A DNA stretch of 64,000 nt, from NCBI GenBank assembly GCA_965224245.1, contig OZ245046.1:3488001-3552000 (forward strand), read 5' to 3'. Every line of letters starts with the position of its first letter. Within the stretch, counting starts at the first letter, position 1. This DNA comes from Candidatus Eiseniibacteriota bacterium (GTDB lineage Bacteria > Eisenbacteria > RBG-16-71-46 > CAZAMP01). Positions 62,681 to 64,000 of the stretch are shown piece by piece. A model generated the notes under the pieces. It saw only the letters and a list, made by a program, of their open reading frames with translations. It was not told where the DNA came from and made no database searches. The translations under genes and the position numbers were made by a program.

Positions 62681-64000
62681 TCAGGCCGGCATCCGCGCCT
62701 CGGCACCGTGGTGCGCCTCGCGCCCACCCCGTCCGCCGTGCTCTACGTCCTCCGCGCTCAGCACACGCAGCAACGCCAGCGTGGCCGTCTTGCTCGGGAT
62801 GCCGGGGCGGAGCTGAACCTCCGGGTCGTCGTGGAGCGACGCGTCCAGCGGCGGAAGACCCACGCACGATGGACACCCGCTGGCGCACGGACACGTCTCG
62901 ACGAGCTGGAGCCCGGCCGACGCGACGGCCGGGAAGCGCTCGAAGACCTTCTCGGCGAAGCCGAGCCCGCCGGGGTAACGATCATAGATGAAGAGCGTCA
63001 GGAGACCCCCGTTCGAGGCCTCGAGGGCCGTGCCGAGGTCGTGCCGATCGCACATGACGAGCCGCGGCGCCAGGTGCTGCACGACGTTTCGCAGCCCCGA
63101 CATCGCGTCGCGCACCGAGAAGCCGGCGCGCTTCGCGCGTCCGGCCGCCGTGGCGGACGGCGCGTACCAGAGCGCCGCGGTGGAGAGCTCCTGATACGGC
63201 AGATCCAGCGCGTGATACCCGATGGCGTCCTGCCGATGAAACTGGATCTTCTTGAACGCCGTGGTCGCCCAGTGAACGTCGACGTCGCCGAAGAACACGG
63301 TCTCGCCCGGAGCCGCGACACGGCGCTCGTGGACGTCCACGACGCGGACCCGGTCGTCGACCAGGGCCTGCGTGTAGTAGTCGACCTCGCGCGGCTCCAC
63401 GAACGCGACCTTCTGCTCGAGATCCAGCTCGCGCACGTAGAAGGTCCGCCCCTCGTGGAGATAGATGGCCTCGGGGTACAGGAGCTCGAGCGCGCTGATC
63501 GAGTCGACGTTGCCGATGACGGCGTTCTCGCGCGTCGTATCCATGATCGTGTACGTGTCGTCGGACATGTTCCGGAGGCTGACGGTGCCGGCCGGGAACT
63601 CGTCGCCGGACCAATACCAGGCGTCCTCCAGCCGGCGAAGGCGCTCGTCGGCGGCGAGTGCGTCGGCGACCGGCTCCAGCGTGTCGCCGAAGTAGCGCGC
63701 GTCCTCGGTGACCAGGGGCAGCTCGGATGCGGCACACGCGAGCTGCGCGGCGAGAATGTAGGGATTGTCCAGATCGATGACCGCGTGCTCGGGGTTCTTG
63801 CCGAGGACGTCGTCCGGCCGCCGGACGAGGTACTGATCGATCGGCTCGTTGTAGGCCACGATGACGACCAGGCTCTCCTCCCCGCTGCGTCCTGCCCGCC
63901 CCGCTCTCTGCAGGGTCGAGGCGACCGATCCCGGAAACCCCGCCATGACCACGGCGTCGAGCCCCCCGACGTCGATGCCGAGCTCGAGGGCGTTCGTGCT
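62681..64000 (-). CDS. DEAD/DEAH helicase with DUF1998 (MrfA/YprA/SftH-like), 5' part outside the window
   Basis: TNALELGIDVG, QRAGRAGR, YPEAIYLHEG, IYDRYPGGLG, CPCASGCPSC. Confidence 0.92.
   Translation of the reverse strand, partial: STNALELGIDVGGLDAVVMAGFPGSVASTLQRAGRAGRSGEESLVVIVAYNEPIDQYLVRRPDDVLGKNPEHAVIDLDNPYILAAQLACAASELPLVTEDARYFGDTLEPVADALAADERLRRLEDAWYWSGDEFPAGTVSLRNMSDDTYTIMDTTRENAVIGNVDSISALELLYPEAIYLHEGRTFYVRELDLEQKVAFVEPREVDYYTQALVDDRVRVVDVHERRVAAPGETVFFGDVDVHWATTAFKKIQFHRQDAIGYHALDLPYQELSTAALWYAPSATAAGRAKRAGFSVRDAMSGLRNVVQHLAPRLVMCDRHDLGTALEASNGGLLTLFIYDRYPGGLGFAEKVFERFPAVASAGLQLVETCPCASGCPSCVGLPPLDASLHDDPEVQLRPGIPSKTATLALLRVLSAEDVEHGGRGGREAHHGAEARMPA

Noticed and set aside
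62681-64000. DISARM or Druantia defence system
   Set aside because: The DUF1998 helicase has no methylase, DrmA or PLD neighbours in view; the nearby YprB-like gene favours MrfAB repair.

Overview
High-GC bacterial chromosomal window, mostly minus-strand genes. A secreted protein with a C-terminal T9SS-like/FlgD tail, together with spoVG, suggests an FCB-group lineage such as Eisenbacteria, Krumholzibacteria or Latescibacteria (inference). Housekeeping and metabolic genes: larBC with two ECF ATPases, ctpA, tmk, a PIP-synthase-like enzyme, rsmI, HU, etfBA, khpA, ahcY, queG, a Memo protein, a DRG GTPase, spoVG, purF, and MrfA/MrfB-like repair genes. Envelope and signalling genes: YfhO and another GT-C glycosyltransferase, GT2/GT4 enzymes, a patatin, a FadL-like barrel, a HEAT plus HD-GYP pair, and two sigma-54 two-component systems, each followed by a -24/-12 promoter. 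No tRNA, rRNA, CRISPR array or transposase was seen. Four items stand out. (1) A carbamoyltransferase operon containing an SxtJ-SGNH fusion, a 54-aa peptide (missing from the ORF track) ending in the DltX-type FIYxxF motif, and a GT-C enzyme; this may be an MBOAT-free carbamoyl relay onto envelope glycans. (2) A ~165-nt structured RNA candidate directly behind a sigma-54 promoter, upstream of the DRG GTPase. (3) A ~1 kb non-coding element with ~300-bp structured inverted arms. (4) A long structured leader with a c-di-GMP-I-like motif ahead of the 1142-aa surface protein. All calls were made by eye, with no database searches.
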